From Paragordius varius (taxonomy: Eukaryota; Animalia; Nematomorpha): a stretch of DNA of 64,000 nt. The stretch's first letter is position 1. Each line of letters opens with the position of its first letter. The stretch is taken from assembly GCA_964247055.1 (NCBI GenBank), contig OZ176052.1, forward strand, positions 868,001-932,000, in the 5' to 3' direction. This document shows, in pieces, positions 41,275-55,253 of this stretch. The position numbers and the translations under genes were made by a program. The notes beneath the pieces are model-generated. The model made no database searches, had not been told where the DNA came from, and saw only the letters and a list, made by a program, of their open reading frames with translations.

Positions 41275-43459
41275 AAAATAAATATATTATATTGCATAAT
41301 TTTATTGTTTATATTTATTTAGATTTTATTTAGGGAATTGCGGATACATTAAAATAATTACATGTTTGCATGGGTGATTAATTTAACCTCAGTAATAACC
41401 TCCAAAGTACAGTAAAAATTATAATTATACAGGCAAAATTTTAAACTATAAAGACGAACATATTTTGAAAACAGCTTTAACTTGTTTTAAACTGCAAAAT
41501 ATAAACAGAAATGTAAATTGGCTACACAATCAATTAATACCAAAAAAATCAAGCTTTAAAAAGGCATGGTTGTCTTTAGAAAAAAATATTTGTCTTATGT
41601 TTTACATTTTTATAATAATTTTTATTTACTGTCAGAATGCTGTTATGGTTGAGCTTGTAAAGTAATCCAGGACCTTTTAAAAATACAACAGGAGAATTTT
41701 TTTATCAAAAATAGTGCTTAAACAAATATTTTAAGTAATAAAATCTATGATTACGGATTATTTGCAATAATCCTATAAAAATAAGCGTTTTCTATTTAAT
41801 AATATTTAATTAATTAAAATTGGGAAATATATTTCTTGGAAAAGCGTCACATTTAAACCTATTCAAAAACAAATTTTAACCTAGCGCTTTGCACTTATAA
41901 CTCAAATAATATAAGAAAACTCGGTTCCTTTACAAATCCGTTTTGTGTTTCAGGTTACGGCACATATTTTTTGAAAAAAGCAGTTTAAGGACTTTATTGG
42001 AAAAAATGTTTTAGGTTTACTTTTTTAGTTTTTTTTACGAATAGTATAATTTTATTTCATGAATTTAAATATATTTACATATTGTATGGTCCACATATCT
42101 TTATAAAAAAATAAACGATTACAGAACAATTTTTAAGTTGTTTTTGGGCGTCAAGAAAGCGATTTAACCAGTTCCAATCCTTGTATATACCAATGTTATT
42201 CTAAAATATTTTAATTTGTAATTTGCATTACAATGCCATATTTGGTATCTTTAGACTTTTTAGCAGGCTTTTTGTTAATATTACCTAATAAAAATATATA
42301 GAAAAAATTGCTGACGCATTTTCCCCCAATATTATTAATCTTTATAACAGTATTAAGCAAAAAATTAAAGGACAAACAAATATATATCTTATCTTAACGG
42401 CTATGATACCGATAAAAACATAGCTGTTAGACACGTAAGCAATTTATAATCCAAATAGGCGCATTGAAGAATTTAATAGATAATTCACAGCCATAAAAAA
42501 ACTTTAATTGCCGCATACGGCCTTTAGGCCGCGTTCTGAGTACCAATGCCTACAAGATAAATGTAGGAATATTGATATTACTTTTTGAATGGCTTTTGTA
42601 CTCCAAAGCGATTAAATTCAAATATCTAAAAAAGTATGTATGATATTAAGCCAAATTGTAAAAATATGCATTCCTTATATGCATTCAAAAAATATTTTAA
42701 AAAAGGTTATTATATAAAAAATTATCTGAAACTTTTTGCCGCCGTTTTCTTTGGATTTTATCGTTATTTATATTTAATGGAATTAATTAAAATCAAAAAG
42801 CTGTTATATTACATTAGTAGATATTTAATTATTGATTTTTAAATCAGCTGTTTGCTTCCATCGGGTATTGGTGATATCTCAATATTTAACTTAACAGAGG
42901 TTTTCCAATACAATTGGCTTTGCGGGTGCATTTTTAATTTACAAAATACAATAGTTTCGGAAGGCCGCGTGTTGGACACCTATGCTCGAAGTTAACATAA
43001 CTGGGATTAAATGTTTTTATCCAGGAGAAAATGTTCAATTATAATTTAACGCAAATTTACAACAGTAGTTTTCAAGCTGAAGTTTTGGGCTAATAGTACC
43101 CTAAAACATTTATAAAAAAATTAAGAAATAACAAAGTATCATATATGATATATTTATAAGTTATTACCATTGAGATAAGGAGCTATCTAGGGGGATAATT
43201 TTTAGTTGACCCCATATACCTTGTATAATGTTATAAATATCTTATTTTATGAAAACAATGAATATAAATTAACTTATACAATTTTAACCTTATAAATACC
43301 ATTTGAGCAAGCAGTTGTACAAAGGTAAAATGTTTGAAAAATTTCTAAATTTTTGTGATTTTTATGCATATCAAAAATGCCTTAAGAGTCGATAGAAGAT
43401 TATCGGATCTCCAGGGTAATAATAGTTTCAATAGGACTTATTTAACACTTGAATACAAC

Positions 43460-44116
43460 TAGGGTTGTGCTGACCCCTGACCTGGTCATAAATTTTTTGA
43501 CCACGGTCATATAAAAAACAGATGTTTTTGAAAAATTGCTGGTGAATTTTTTTGTAAGAGAGATGGTAAGATTTTATTGTTTTAAAATAATTTTTTTTAG
43601 AAAGTATAAATCAAATAATAAATATGCTTCTTAAACCATATATAAAAAATTGTTGTACATGCATCCTTATAACATTAGCATTTAAGCGAAAAACACAATC
43701 AAGCACTGTGCTAAATATCCAATTATTCTATATATGTGAACCAATAAATTGAAAAATTAGATATTTCAATGATGAAAGAAAGTGTAAAACAAACTTAAGT
43801 AATTTTTTAAAAAAATATCTAGTATAAAAAGCCATGTATTTGAAGATTCAGAAAGCCACAAACATGTGGCAAAATTTATTTGAAAACAAAATTCTTAATT
43901 AAATTGGATTGGAAATAATAAGTAATAAATATCAAAATGGATAATACCAACTTTTAAGAAAAAACATTACATTAGTCTCCTTCGAACATTATTTTTTACA
44001 ATGCAATATGGCATGGTATTTACTTGGGTAAAAAGTGGTCATGACCGTGGTCATGACCATGGTCTGACTGGGTCTGACCGGATTTTTTTGAAAAAGCAGT
44101 CAAATGCACAACCCTA
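43460..44116. mobile_element. 657-bp internally deleted hAT element
   Basis: Perfect 11-bp TIR tagggttgtgc / gcacaacccta. 8-bp TSD aatacaac / tatacaac (7 of 8 match). tgacc/ggtca subterminal repeats. Confidence 0.85.
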
Positions 44117-44137
44117 TATACAACACATTCATTTCAG

Positions 44138-44665
44138 TCCTTTGATTTAAATTGGGGTAGTACCATAGGCCTGTTTAAAATCAAATTCTCTAAAAAATAT
44201 GGAAGGAATTGAAATCATCGCAAAATTTTGCACTTATATAACATTAATAAACCGAAATATATAAAATGTTTTATTCAAAAATGCTTAATATTACTTATAA
44301 CAAGCTAAAACCGAAAGGTAAAAATATAGTCAACGCGACATGTGTGCAATGATAAAATTGAAAAATAATATAAAATAAATCGCTTTTTCTATTTATATCA
44401 ATGTTAAATGAAATTTAAAAAAAAATAGCAATTTTTAAAATTAAATGAAGACGATATTTTGCAAAAATTTGTAAAATAAAAATGTTGAAGTAGTTTGACA
44501 TGGAACTTTTTTTTCAAAACAAAATTATTTTGGCATATTCTCATAATTTTTATTAGGATAGAAGCATAAATTCAAATCGGAACCGTTTTCTTCAGTAGTT
44601 TTTTTAAAAATCTTAACTCAAATTTAGTCTGGGGTATTTAACCCCAATTTAAATCGAAGTGTTAA
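44138..44665 (-). mobile_element. Second copy of the piggyBac-like MITE (reverse orientation)
   Basis: Reverse complement of 19147-19710; ends aatcgaagtg-ttaa. Confidence 0.75.
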
Positions 44666-45137
44666 AAAAAATTAACTTTAGTAATTACTCCTCAATTTAT
44701 TCTGGATAAAAATTCAAGCGCGAATTGCGATTATTTATTTATGTTAAAATCTTGTCCTGCATAAAAATCCTGGCTATGTTTTATAATACAGAATTGAATG
44801 AAATTACATTTTAATGTTATCATATGATATTTTAAACAACCTATTGTCCGATATAAATGTTTATAGTAATTTGCATTCTCCAAGATTTAGGCTTGATAAA
44901 TTCCGGACTAACAAATTTTTATATTATGAAAATTTTAATATATAATGCATCATTTTTTAATATATTAACATTTTAGAGGTTTTACAAAATTACTGTATTC
45001 TGGATACCTGTATAATATATCGACTAGTTGTAAAAAGTGTTCCCTAATGTTTTAAATTGATAACATCAGATGGTTTGGATTAAATTAATGTTTTGAGTTG
45101 AAAAGCGAAATGGTTTATATTTGTGTTAAAAATTAAG

Positions 45138-48100
45138 GCTGTGGACAATATATCAGAAAAAGATGGATACTTATCGATTGATATATCGGATGCTTTGAGC
45201 GAAAAAGACAAAGTTAAATTCACGATTCATACAAAGGTTTGTTTTATATAATAAATATGTTTAGACCAATATGCCTACGTTTCAGGAAAAAGAATTTTCA
45301 GTCATTCGTGAACATGAAGAGTTTGTTTGGTTGCATGATTGTTATGAGGATTGCGACGAATTTGCAGGATATATCGTATAACCCATTTCGTTTAATACTA
45401 ACATAGATAAAAGCATTTTTTTCGTATATGGAGTAAACTTCCTTTATAATAAACCCAATTGTTAGAAAGATAAAAAATATTATCATTATTTAAAATAAAA
45501 TTTATTTTTTTAGGGAAATATATACAGTAGCGTATGGTAAAAAACAACAAACGTTTAAAACCAAAAAATTTTTCCTACTACAATAATTTTGGTTATTAAG
45601 TTTTGGGTGTTTTTAAACCGTACTATATATACAGTTTTTAAATAATTTAATATATCCCTTTAATTAAAATTTTATATGAAATTTTGATGATTTCATTATT
45701 GCTGGATCATTATGAGATTATCGACTTTTACTCACAGAATCTTAAGTTTATGAGGACGTATATTTAAACTCTAACTATTGGTTATCTTAAAATTTAAAAG
45801 GGCCCTATTAAATAATTAAAATCCAATGATGGCCATGGACTTTAGTTGCGTGTTTTCTTTTAAAATACTTTTTCTGAGTGCAGTTAACATTGTTTTCACA
45901 TATTTTTGCACTAAAAAATTGATATTAAACAGGCACAACTTAAATATTAAAAGACAAATATTGTTAAAAGGACAATTCTTCTTTTTTGAACCTTGATTTT
46001 TCCTAACTATACTCTATGAAAACAATTTTAAAATATTAATTGAATCTTTTACCGTTTATATCTTATTTATTTTGCAAGCCCAAACAATAAATTGTAATTA
46101 TTAAAAAAAAATTAGGACTTTTAAAATGGTTTATCTTTTTAATACAAATATTTCTTTTTTACAGTTTTTTATATTTTACAAATATTTTTCTGTATAATTT
46201 AAAGATCCCTCCGGCACCACCTAAACCCAATTTTGAATCCTCAAGAGAAAAGTTACAAAAATTGGGGGAAGGGGAAAGTCTCATGTCGAAAGAGGAATTC
46301 ACATATATGAAACAAGAACTTGAAGCGTAAATTTTATTTAATTCTCTTTTTTTTGAAATAATGATGAATTTGAGAAATATGTTTGTTTTAAAGTTGTTTT
46401 TCGGAAAAACACAATAAACTATGTCATAAAGATATATTTCATGTCAATAATGAGTTATATTAGTTCGAAAACGCATAATTTATTTTTAGGGTGAATTTGA
46501 AATGTTCAAGGGTGAATTTGAATTGTTCGAGGTTGAATTTGAATAGTTAGTTTACGGTTCAAATTCACCCTTGAACAATTCAAATACACTCCAAAAATTA
46601 ATTATGTGTTTTCGGGCTAATAGCAACTCATTATGAAATAAATATATCGTATGGCTTAGTTTTTAATTTTTTCAGTATTAGTATTATTATTATAATTTTA
46701 AATAAAATTTCGTTTTTTTGCAAAAACATAAAAAATATAGAGGGGCTGTTGTTTTGAAACACTTTTATTACTTTTTAATTTTTTGTATATAAATAATAAT
46801 ACATTTTGGGGCAAATAAAAGCCCAAAGTTTTTAATAAAATTATATAATAGTAAAGAGTTATTGACTTTTATGATTAACAAACATATCCAGTTATATTAG
46901 ATAAAAAAGCTTTTAATTTTTTGCAGTTCTGTGATACATTAACATTGCATATTTTTCATAAAAACAACAGCTGATTTTGAAATAAAAACTATTAAAAATT
47001 TACCCACATTTTTATAAAAACAGCTAATATAAAATATAAAATATCGAAAATTAACAACCCCCCCCCCCACCAGAATATGAGTATAATCATTTTAGAGCTT
47101 AATTTTATTTTTAAACCATATATTGCCGAATTTGCCAGTCATTTTAGCCATTTAAAATTTTTATTTTGAAAATATATCATTTTTAAAAATATGCGCCTTA
47201 AAATGCCATACGCATACTTTTCGTTGGCCCGATATTTTTTAACACATATTCATATTTATAAAATTATATGGGGTAAAAATTACCCCAAAATATAATAGAC
47301 GCTAAATATATGAGAAAATCGAATTCGAACGCAAATCTTTAACAATGTTTGAAAGGGAGATTTTATTTAAGACATAGCATAGTAGTTGAAAAAAGGAAAA
47401 TATTACAGTAAAAATTAAAATTATACGGACAAAACGTATTTTTTAAAAGACAACCATACTTTTTCTAAGCTTATTTTTCCATATAAATTATTTAGTTAAT
47501 TACAATTGTTAAACACAAACTTGATTGTGTTACCGATATACATATCTATTTCCTATTTTATTTTAAACAGTGATTTATATAAAAAAATTAATATTCAAGA
47601 AAAAAATATTTTTCTTTATATATTTATATATATTTATTTACGTTTTGTCCGTATAATTTCAATTTTTACTGTAAAACAACGGTTTATCAATAAATATATA
47701 TACAGTAAAAATTTATATAATAAGAAAAATTTTTAAACTTTAATACTTTATATGGAAAAAAAACTTTTTAACCTTGATTTTTATTCATGGGTTGCGAAAA
47801 AAGGCATAGAAATGTAAATTGATAACATATGAATGTCACATTAGAAAATATTAATGATCAAATATTTATACCATATACATTTCAAATTTACCCTTAAACA
47901 ATTCAACACCCTAAAACAATTCAACACCCTAAAACAATTTAAATTCACCCTGAAATAAATTATGTGTTTTTGAACATTAAAAATTACCTATATTTTTTTA
48001 TATTTTTAAAAAATGAAAAAATTTCATTTTAAATATTAACCTTATACTGAAAAAATAATGGTAGCTATACGTCATAAAGATATATTTCATATTAATGACG

Positions 48101-51100
48101 AGTTATATTAGCTGCCCGAAAACACATAATTTATTTCTAGGGTCGGAATTAGAAATGTTCAAGGGTGAATTTGAATTGTTCAAGGGTAAAATTAAAATGT
48201 TTAAGGGTAAATTTGAATTGTTCAAGGGTGAATTGAATTGTTCAAGGGTGAATTGAATTGTTCAAGGGTAAAATTAAAATGTTTAAGGGTGAATTTGAAA
48301 TGTTCAAGGGTGAATTTGAAATGTTTAAGGGTGAATTTGAATTGTCCAAGGGTGAATTGAATTGTTTAAGAGTGAATTTGAAATGTTCAAGGGTGAATTT
48401 GAATTTTTCGAGGGTGAATTTGAATTTTCCGAGGGTGAATTTGAGCTGTAAATGGTTTATCCTTAGGCAAAGTAAAAATTTTTCTTAATAATTTCCTTTT
48501 TATGTTTTATCATTATACTTTTTACTTAACAAGTGAGACCGTAATAATAATTTACATTTCTTTTTATCTATTCAAAACGATATTTTATATGAACAAATAA
48601 AATAAAAAATATATGCTATATTTAAAAAAACTATGTTTTTTGTTTTTAAATTTCTAAGGGTTTATTTTTTCTCTGTTTTAACCAAAACGCTTAAGAAAAC
48701 TCATTTTCAATAAAGGATATATAATATTTGAATTACTTTTACTTTTTATGTTTAAATATTTTATAATTTATTTTAGCGAATACTTGTCAACATTCAAGAA
48801 AACTGTGGCTATTCATGAACTTTTTTTGTGTCGTTTAGCCGCTCACCCAACCCTGAAAAGTTTTCATAATTTCCGTGTTTTCCTCGAATATGATCAAAAT
48901 GTAATTTTTTTGAAAAAATTTTTTTTTGAAATTTAATAATTTAATTATTATGATTACGAATTAAATAATTTTTCTAAACAAAAATTGTTTAAAATGTAAA
49001 AATAAAACTTTTTTTGATATATCTCTACTTTTTGAATATATTTTAATTGAAATATTACGTTATATATGGTTTTAATTTAGTGTTTTCTAGTTTTAATTTC
49101 TAAGAAACGTTTAAATAAAAAATATTTCTAGATTTATTTTTTTAAAATTTTTAAAACAAAATATTTAGTTACTGTTTTGAATTTTTTTCCATAATTTTTT
49201 TATTAAAAAAAAGATTTTGAAACTTTCGAAAAAATTGTTTTTTTTCATTTTATAGTTGAATGTCCGTGGTAAAAATAATCGTGAAAAATTGGAACAATTA
49301 CTTAAAACAGTTTCTCTTACGATGGATGAAACACTTTTATCTAAACGCAAGGTATGCGATATTTTTAATTTTAAAAATTTCATTTTTTTCAATTATTATT
49401 TTTATGAAAAATATAACCTTAATTGAGGCAATTTTTATTATATTTTAATTAGTTTTTATGTTTGATATATTCTCCACATAACTCCTCTCCTTATATGAAT
49501 TTTAAACTTTTTTATTAAACATTTATATATTAATTATACGATATTATATAATTTTAAACGCATTAAACATGTAAATTAACATAAATTTTCTATTTTAATA
49601 CTCAAATATTAGATTTATACCATTTATCTCAACTAGGTATATATAGTTTAGAGTAAATTAAGTAAAAAATTTTGTGATTAAATTAAACAATATTTTTACA
49701 AAAAAGATGTCTGGCATTAATTAATATATATTAATATCAGTTATTTGCCAGTTATTTTCAGGTTTTATCAGTAGGTGTTTTAAAACTTATAACCAATAAC
49801 AGAGAGACAATTGTATTCAATTTATAATAAGGCACATTATTTACTCCATATATTTTAAAACGTCTAAAAAATAAATTGCTTTTAGCAAGACACATTATAT
49901 ATATATATATATATACTGTTTTTCATGTATTTTTTTAATCTTTTTGTTTCCAGGAAATAGATGAATATTATGATGAACAAAAATCTTTTTATATGAATTT
50001 TACGGCCAGAATGAAGGACGCAGTTACAAAAGGCGAAAAAGTCGTTAAATTTTCTAAAGGTATGTCCTAAATTTATTTTCCATAAAATTGTTTTAATATA
50101 TTTTATTTTGCAATATTCTTCAGTATAGGAAAAATAGCAGGTTAAGTCATAAGTCTTTACTGGTTCTTTGTAGAAATACAAAATTTTGTAGGATAATCAA
50201 TTATTTATTTTATTACATCGGCTTCCACGCATTTTGCCCATCTCTCAGAATATCTGTGAATGCCGTACCATATTAATGGATTCTCTTGCGACAAACCATT
50301 TGTCAAGCCATTTACGTCTTCGAAATTATTAAAGTGCTGTTCTGCGAGTGTGTGCGCCATTGCTGCGAAGAGTAATATTTAGATGGCGCCAGGTCACAAG
50401 AATTTAGCGGATATGAAAATATTTTTCTTCGAAGTGAATTCAAGGTGTCTTTTACTCGTTTCGCCGTGTGAGACGTAACATTGTCAGGTAGCGAAATCAC
50501 TTTGCTATGTCTTCTGTCCTATTCCGGCCGTTTTTTTAATTAAGCAATGTTTTTAATTAATCATTTGCAATAGATTTGTAAATCAACGGTTTCAATGGGT
50601 TTCAACCGTTTATAATGCAAACAACCGCTCTTATTATACCAACAGAGAGCATTATTGCGGAAGCAATTTAGCCTTGGTGTGGATAGAACGGCTTGGTAGG
50701 GTGAATTCATGATTTTTCCCACTTTCGACTTACAAAATAAAGCCCCTTTTCATCACCCGTCGCAATTTGTTGTAAAAAGGATTTCCTTTCGTGACGTAGA
50801 AGCAGGATTCACGAATCATTTTGCTATTTTCGTTATTGACATTCAATAAAATTAATTGTGTGGAACCCATTTACCGAGTTTTTTTGTATTTTCCATTGCT
50901 CGTAGACATCTACCGATTTGATGTACATAATGCTCCTACCAATTGACGTTGATCTTGATTTGATTATCATCCAATAGCTTTTTTATCATCTTCGCTGTTA
51001 CCAAAGCGCCCACACTCTTTCACATTGAAATCACAATAATTTTCAATTTGAAATCATATTTCACATGTGTTAATCGAGAAAACATGTTCACCATATGTTT

Positions 51101-54100
51101 CTACCAATAAACGGTAACTTTCAACAATCTTTTTCTCTTAGGGCTGCCGATGTTCTTTTTAAGGGACGAAATTCGACATGATCACTTTTAATGATAAAGA
51201 ACAAAACGCTACTTTTTTGCGGATTCTAATTCTTTCGCTTGTAGTTAAACGTTAGATAAACAAAATGGAGAATGTATCAAATGAATCGTCTGCGTACTTT
51301 TCATTTATGAATACACAGGGCAGACTGTTATATATTATTTAACTATATGTTCGTTTGCATATATATATTTGAAATTAAGTGTGTACCAATTTACATATCT
51401 ATCAAAAAATAAAGTTTTAAATTTTATTTTATAAATTATCTTTATATATAAAATGACAGTTTTTTAATTTTATATTTATTTTTTTCATTTTCCTAAATTT
51501 TTTCAATTATAGCAATATCTGATGATTATTCCAAAATGAGTGTGGAGAGTAAACGGTTATCAGATACGGAAAATCCGCAATTAGAAAGGCAATAATTTAT
51601 TTAATTATAAAAAATAGAATAGTATTCATTTATTTTAAAACTTTCTATAAAATTTGAAATGTTGAATAATGTTTTTTTATAAAAATTAATTTTTTTAGGC
51701 TTAATTTTAAGTATTTTTACATTTTTTGTAATTTTTCAATGTAGCATATTTTTTTACTAGTGTTTAAATAAATTTTAATTTTTAATTGATCAAATTTGTA
51801 AAAATATTTAACATATCCTTTTAGTAATTATGCAAGAAAAAATGTTAAATTTGCCGTATGAGAAAATATAAAGTTAAAACAAAACTTTAGATTTTTATTG
51901 GGATTTGGTCAGGGCTGTTTGGAATTTAAGAAGCACGAGAATAGAATTGCTTCTGATCTTGACCTCAAATTGTGTGATATGTTACGCTATTTCTATCAAG
52001 ATGCATGTTCTGCTAAGGTTATTATATTTAAATTTTTTACATCTCAAATAGTCTGAATTTATCTTTGAACAATTCTAAATTCACCCTTAAACAATTCAAA
52101 TTCACCCTTGAACAATTTAAATTCATACCCTTGCTAAAATGAATAAATTATGTGTTTTCGGGCTAATATAACTAACTCATCATTAATAAGAAATATATTC
52201 TTATGGCATAATTTATTTCAGTATTCTATTAATTTTAAACGTAATTTCATTTTTGCAAAAATATAAAAAAATATAGTTAAAAAACACATGATTTATTTCA
52301 AGGGTGACTTTAAATTGTAATATTTACATTTCAAAATAATAAATTCATCCTTGAACAATTCTGAATTCACCCTTGCTAAAATGAATAAATTATGTGTTTT
52401 CGGGCTAATATAACTAACTCATCATTAATAAGAAATATATTCTTATGGCATAGTTTATTTTTTTGAGCATAATGTTAATTTTAAACAAAATTTTATTTTT
52501 GCAAAAATATGAAAAATAAAGGTAAAAACATTTTTTTTCAAGGGTTACTTTAAATTGTAAATGGTATATTTACATTTCATTATAATAAATTCACCCCTGA
52601 CAATTTAAATTCACCCTTGCTAAAATGAATAAATTATGTGTTTTCGGGCTAATATAACTAACTTATCATTAAATATTTCTTTATGGCATACTTTATTTTT
52701 TTGAGCATAATGTTAATTATAAACAAAATTTTATTTTTGCAAAAAATGAGAAAAAAAGGTAATTAACACATAATTTGTTTTAGGGTTTTGAATTGTTCAA
52801 GGATGAATTTGAATTTTTCAAGAGTAAATTTGAATTGTTTAAGGGTGAATTTTAAATGTAAATGATATATTTATATTTTAAATATTTCAAATCACCCTTG
52901 CTAAAATGAATAAATTATGTGTTTTCGGGCTAATATAACTAACTTATCATTAAATATTTCTTTATGGCATACTTTATTTTTTTGAGCATAATGTTAATTA
53001 TAAACAAAATTTTATTTTTGCAAAAAATGAGAAAAAAAGGTAATTAACACATAATTTGTTTTAGGGTTTTGAATTGTTCAAGGATGAATTTGAATTTTTC
53101 AAGAGTAAATTTGAATTGTTTAAGGGTGAATTTTAAATGTAAATGATATATTTATATTTTAAATATTTCAAATCAACCTTGCTAAAATGAATAAATTATG
53201 TGTTTTCGGGCTAATATAACTAACTTATCATTAAATATTTCTTTATGGCATACTTTATTTTTTTCAGCATAATGTTAATTTAAAACAAAATTTTATTTTT
53301 TAAGAATATAAAATTAGAATAGGTATTTTTAATCAAAAACACATAATTTGTTTTTAGGGTTTTGAAATGTTCAAGGATAAATTTGAATTGTGCAAGAGGA
53401 TTGTTCATAAAATTTCATTTTATGAAAATACAAAGAGATATAGATAATTTTTAATGTTCAAAAACGCCATATTTATTTTTAAGGGTGAAGAATTGTTCAA
53501 GGATGAATTTGAATTTTGTTTAAGGGTCAATTTAAATTGTGTTTAAGGGTGAATTTGAACCGTAAATGATATATTATCTTAAAGATTTACGACATGTTAA
53601 AACAAATTGATTATTTTGATTAGAATAATTCAAAAAAATTATATTTTATAACAACATTATTTTTATTGTTTTAATTGATAATTTTTGCATGATATAGAAC
53701 CTAATATTTCGAAGATTACGAGCTTTGTCAGATTTCGAAGGGGCCAATCGAAACATGGAAAAAGCTAGGATTAAAGGGAGAGATATCGCCCAAGTAAAGA
53801 TATTAATATAAAATTTAGTTTAAACGATACGATTTTTTAATTTTTTATTAAAAAAATTATGTTTAATTTTTTAAAATTTTTAATAACTTTTTTATGAGGT
53901 AAAGCTCAATGGTATTAACCTAAATGAGTTGAATACGTTTTTATTTTGTATATTCCCAATTTGTTGGTTTTTTAAATTAATTATTAGGTATGATAATTTT
54001 TAAATTATTGAGTGTGTATATAGTAAAATATACAGTAGCGTATGGTATAAAAAAGTTTGTCTATAAATAAATAACGAGATAAATATTGAAGTGTGTGGAA

Positions 54101-54178
54101 AAAAATGTTTAAGTTCAACCACGTGTTATTTTATATGCTATTGTTTTGTAAATTTATTAAATTTTTAGCATAGAACAC

Positions 54179-54216
<38 letters not shown>

Positions 54217-54653
54217 AGGGTCAGATTATAGTATTTTTTGACTAATCAATAACTAACTAAATGTTGAATGATAATTTTGATCAAAAAGAATATTTTGATG
54301 ATATTTTATGATTTTAACTTATTTTTTAGGCTGAAACCGAACAAATAGCTGCCAGAAATAAGTTTAATCAATTATCCGAGATTGGGAAAAAGGGTATTGC
54401 CTTTTCTATTCATATATTTTATAAAAATTTCATTTAAATTTAGTTATGGCATATTGTCCATTTAAATGTTCAATAATATATTATGTAAAAAAAATTTTAA
54501 TTTTACAAATTAATATTATATTTTTTTGACAGAATTGAAAGATTTTAAGGATAGACGTCTCCAAATCTCGCGCAAAAATTTAATTGAAATGACGGAATTA
54601 CAAATTAAACATGCTAAGGTATGTCTTTTTTCATAAATTTATATAATGATTAA

Positions 54654-54684
<31 letters not shown>

Positions 54685-55207
54685 TCCATAAATTTATAAG
54701 TGATTGTTAATACTTACTTGTATTTTAGATTTTTCAATATATTTTCATTTTTTTATTTCTCCTTTTCAATAAAACCACTTTTCTTTTTTCAATTTGAAAT
54801 TAATATTTAAACAGGAAATAAAAAACGGTAATAATTAATATTAATAAGGTTTAATCGTGAAAATAACCTTTTATATATATATATATATATATAACAAATT
54901 GTAGTTGTTTTTTTTTATAATAATTATGGTTTTAAAAATTATTTTTACCGACTTAACAAAAAATGACACACTTTTTACTCTAACGCTGACCAATATTTAA
55001 AATATCAACCCTTATATTTTTAAATTTTTATTGTAGCTTTAACAATAAAATTCATCAAAAATACAGTAAAAATTGAAATTATACTATGGGCAAAACGTAA
55101 AAATATAAAGACAAATATTTTTTTTCTTAAAGACTACAACTATACTGCTTAAATATTGATTTTTTGTAAATAAACCATTGTTTAATATGGCATACAGTAG
55201 GAAATGG

Positions 55208-55253
<46 letters not shown>

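Noticed and set aside
48150-48445. CRISPR-like or telomere-like array
   Set aside because: Units are contiguous with no unique spacers, there are no cas genes, the context is eukaryotic, and the units are embedded in MITE arms.
48258-48488. ORFs with 7-aa repeats ([21 protein letters not shown]), also 20643-20846, 55715-55984, 59054-59293
   Set aside because: Translation of the 21-bp MITE arrays; open in several frames on both strands.
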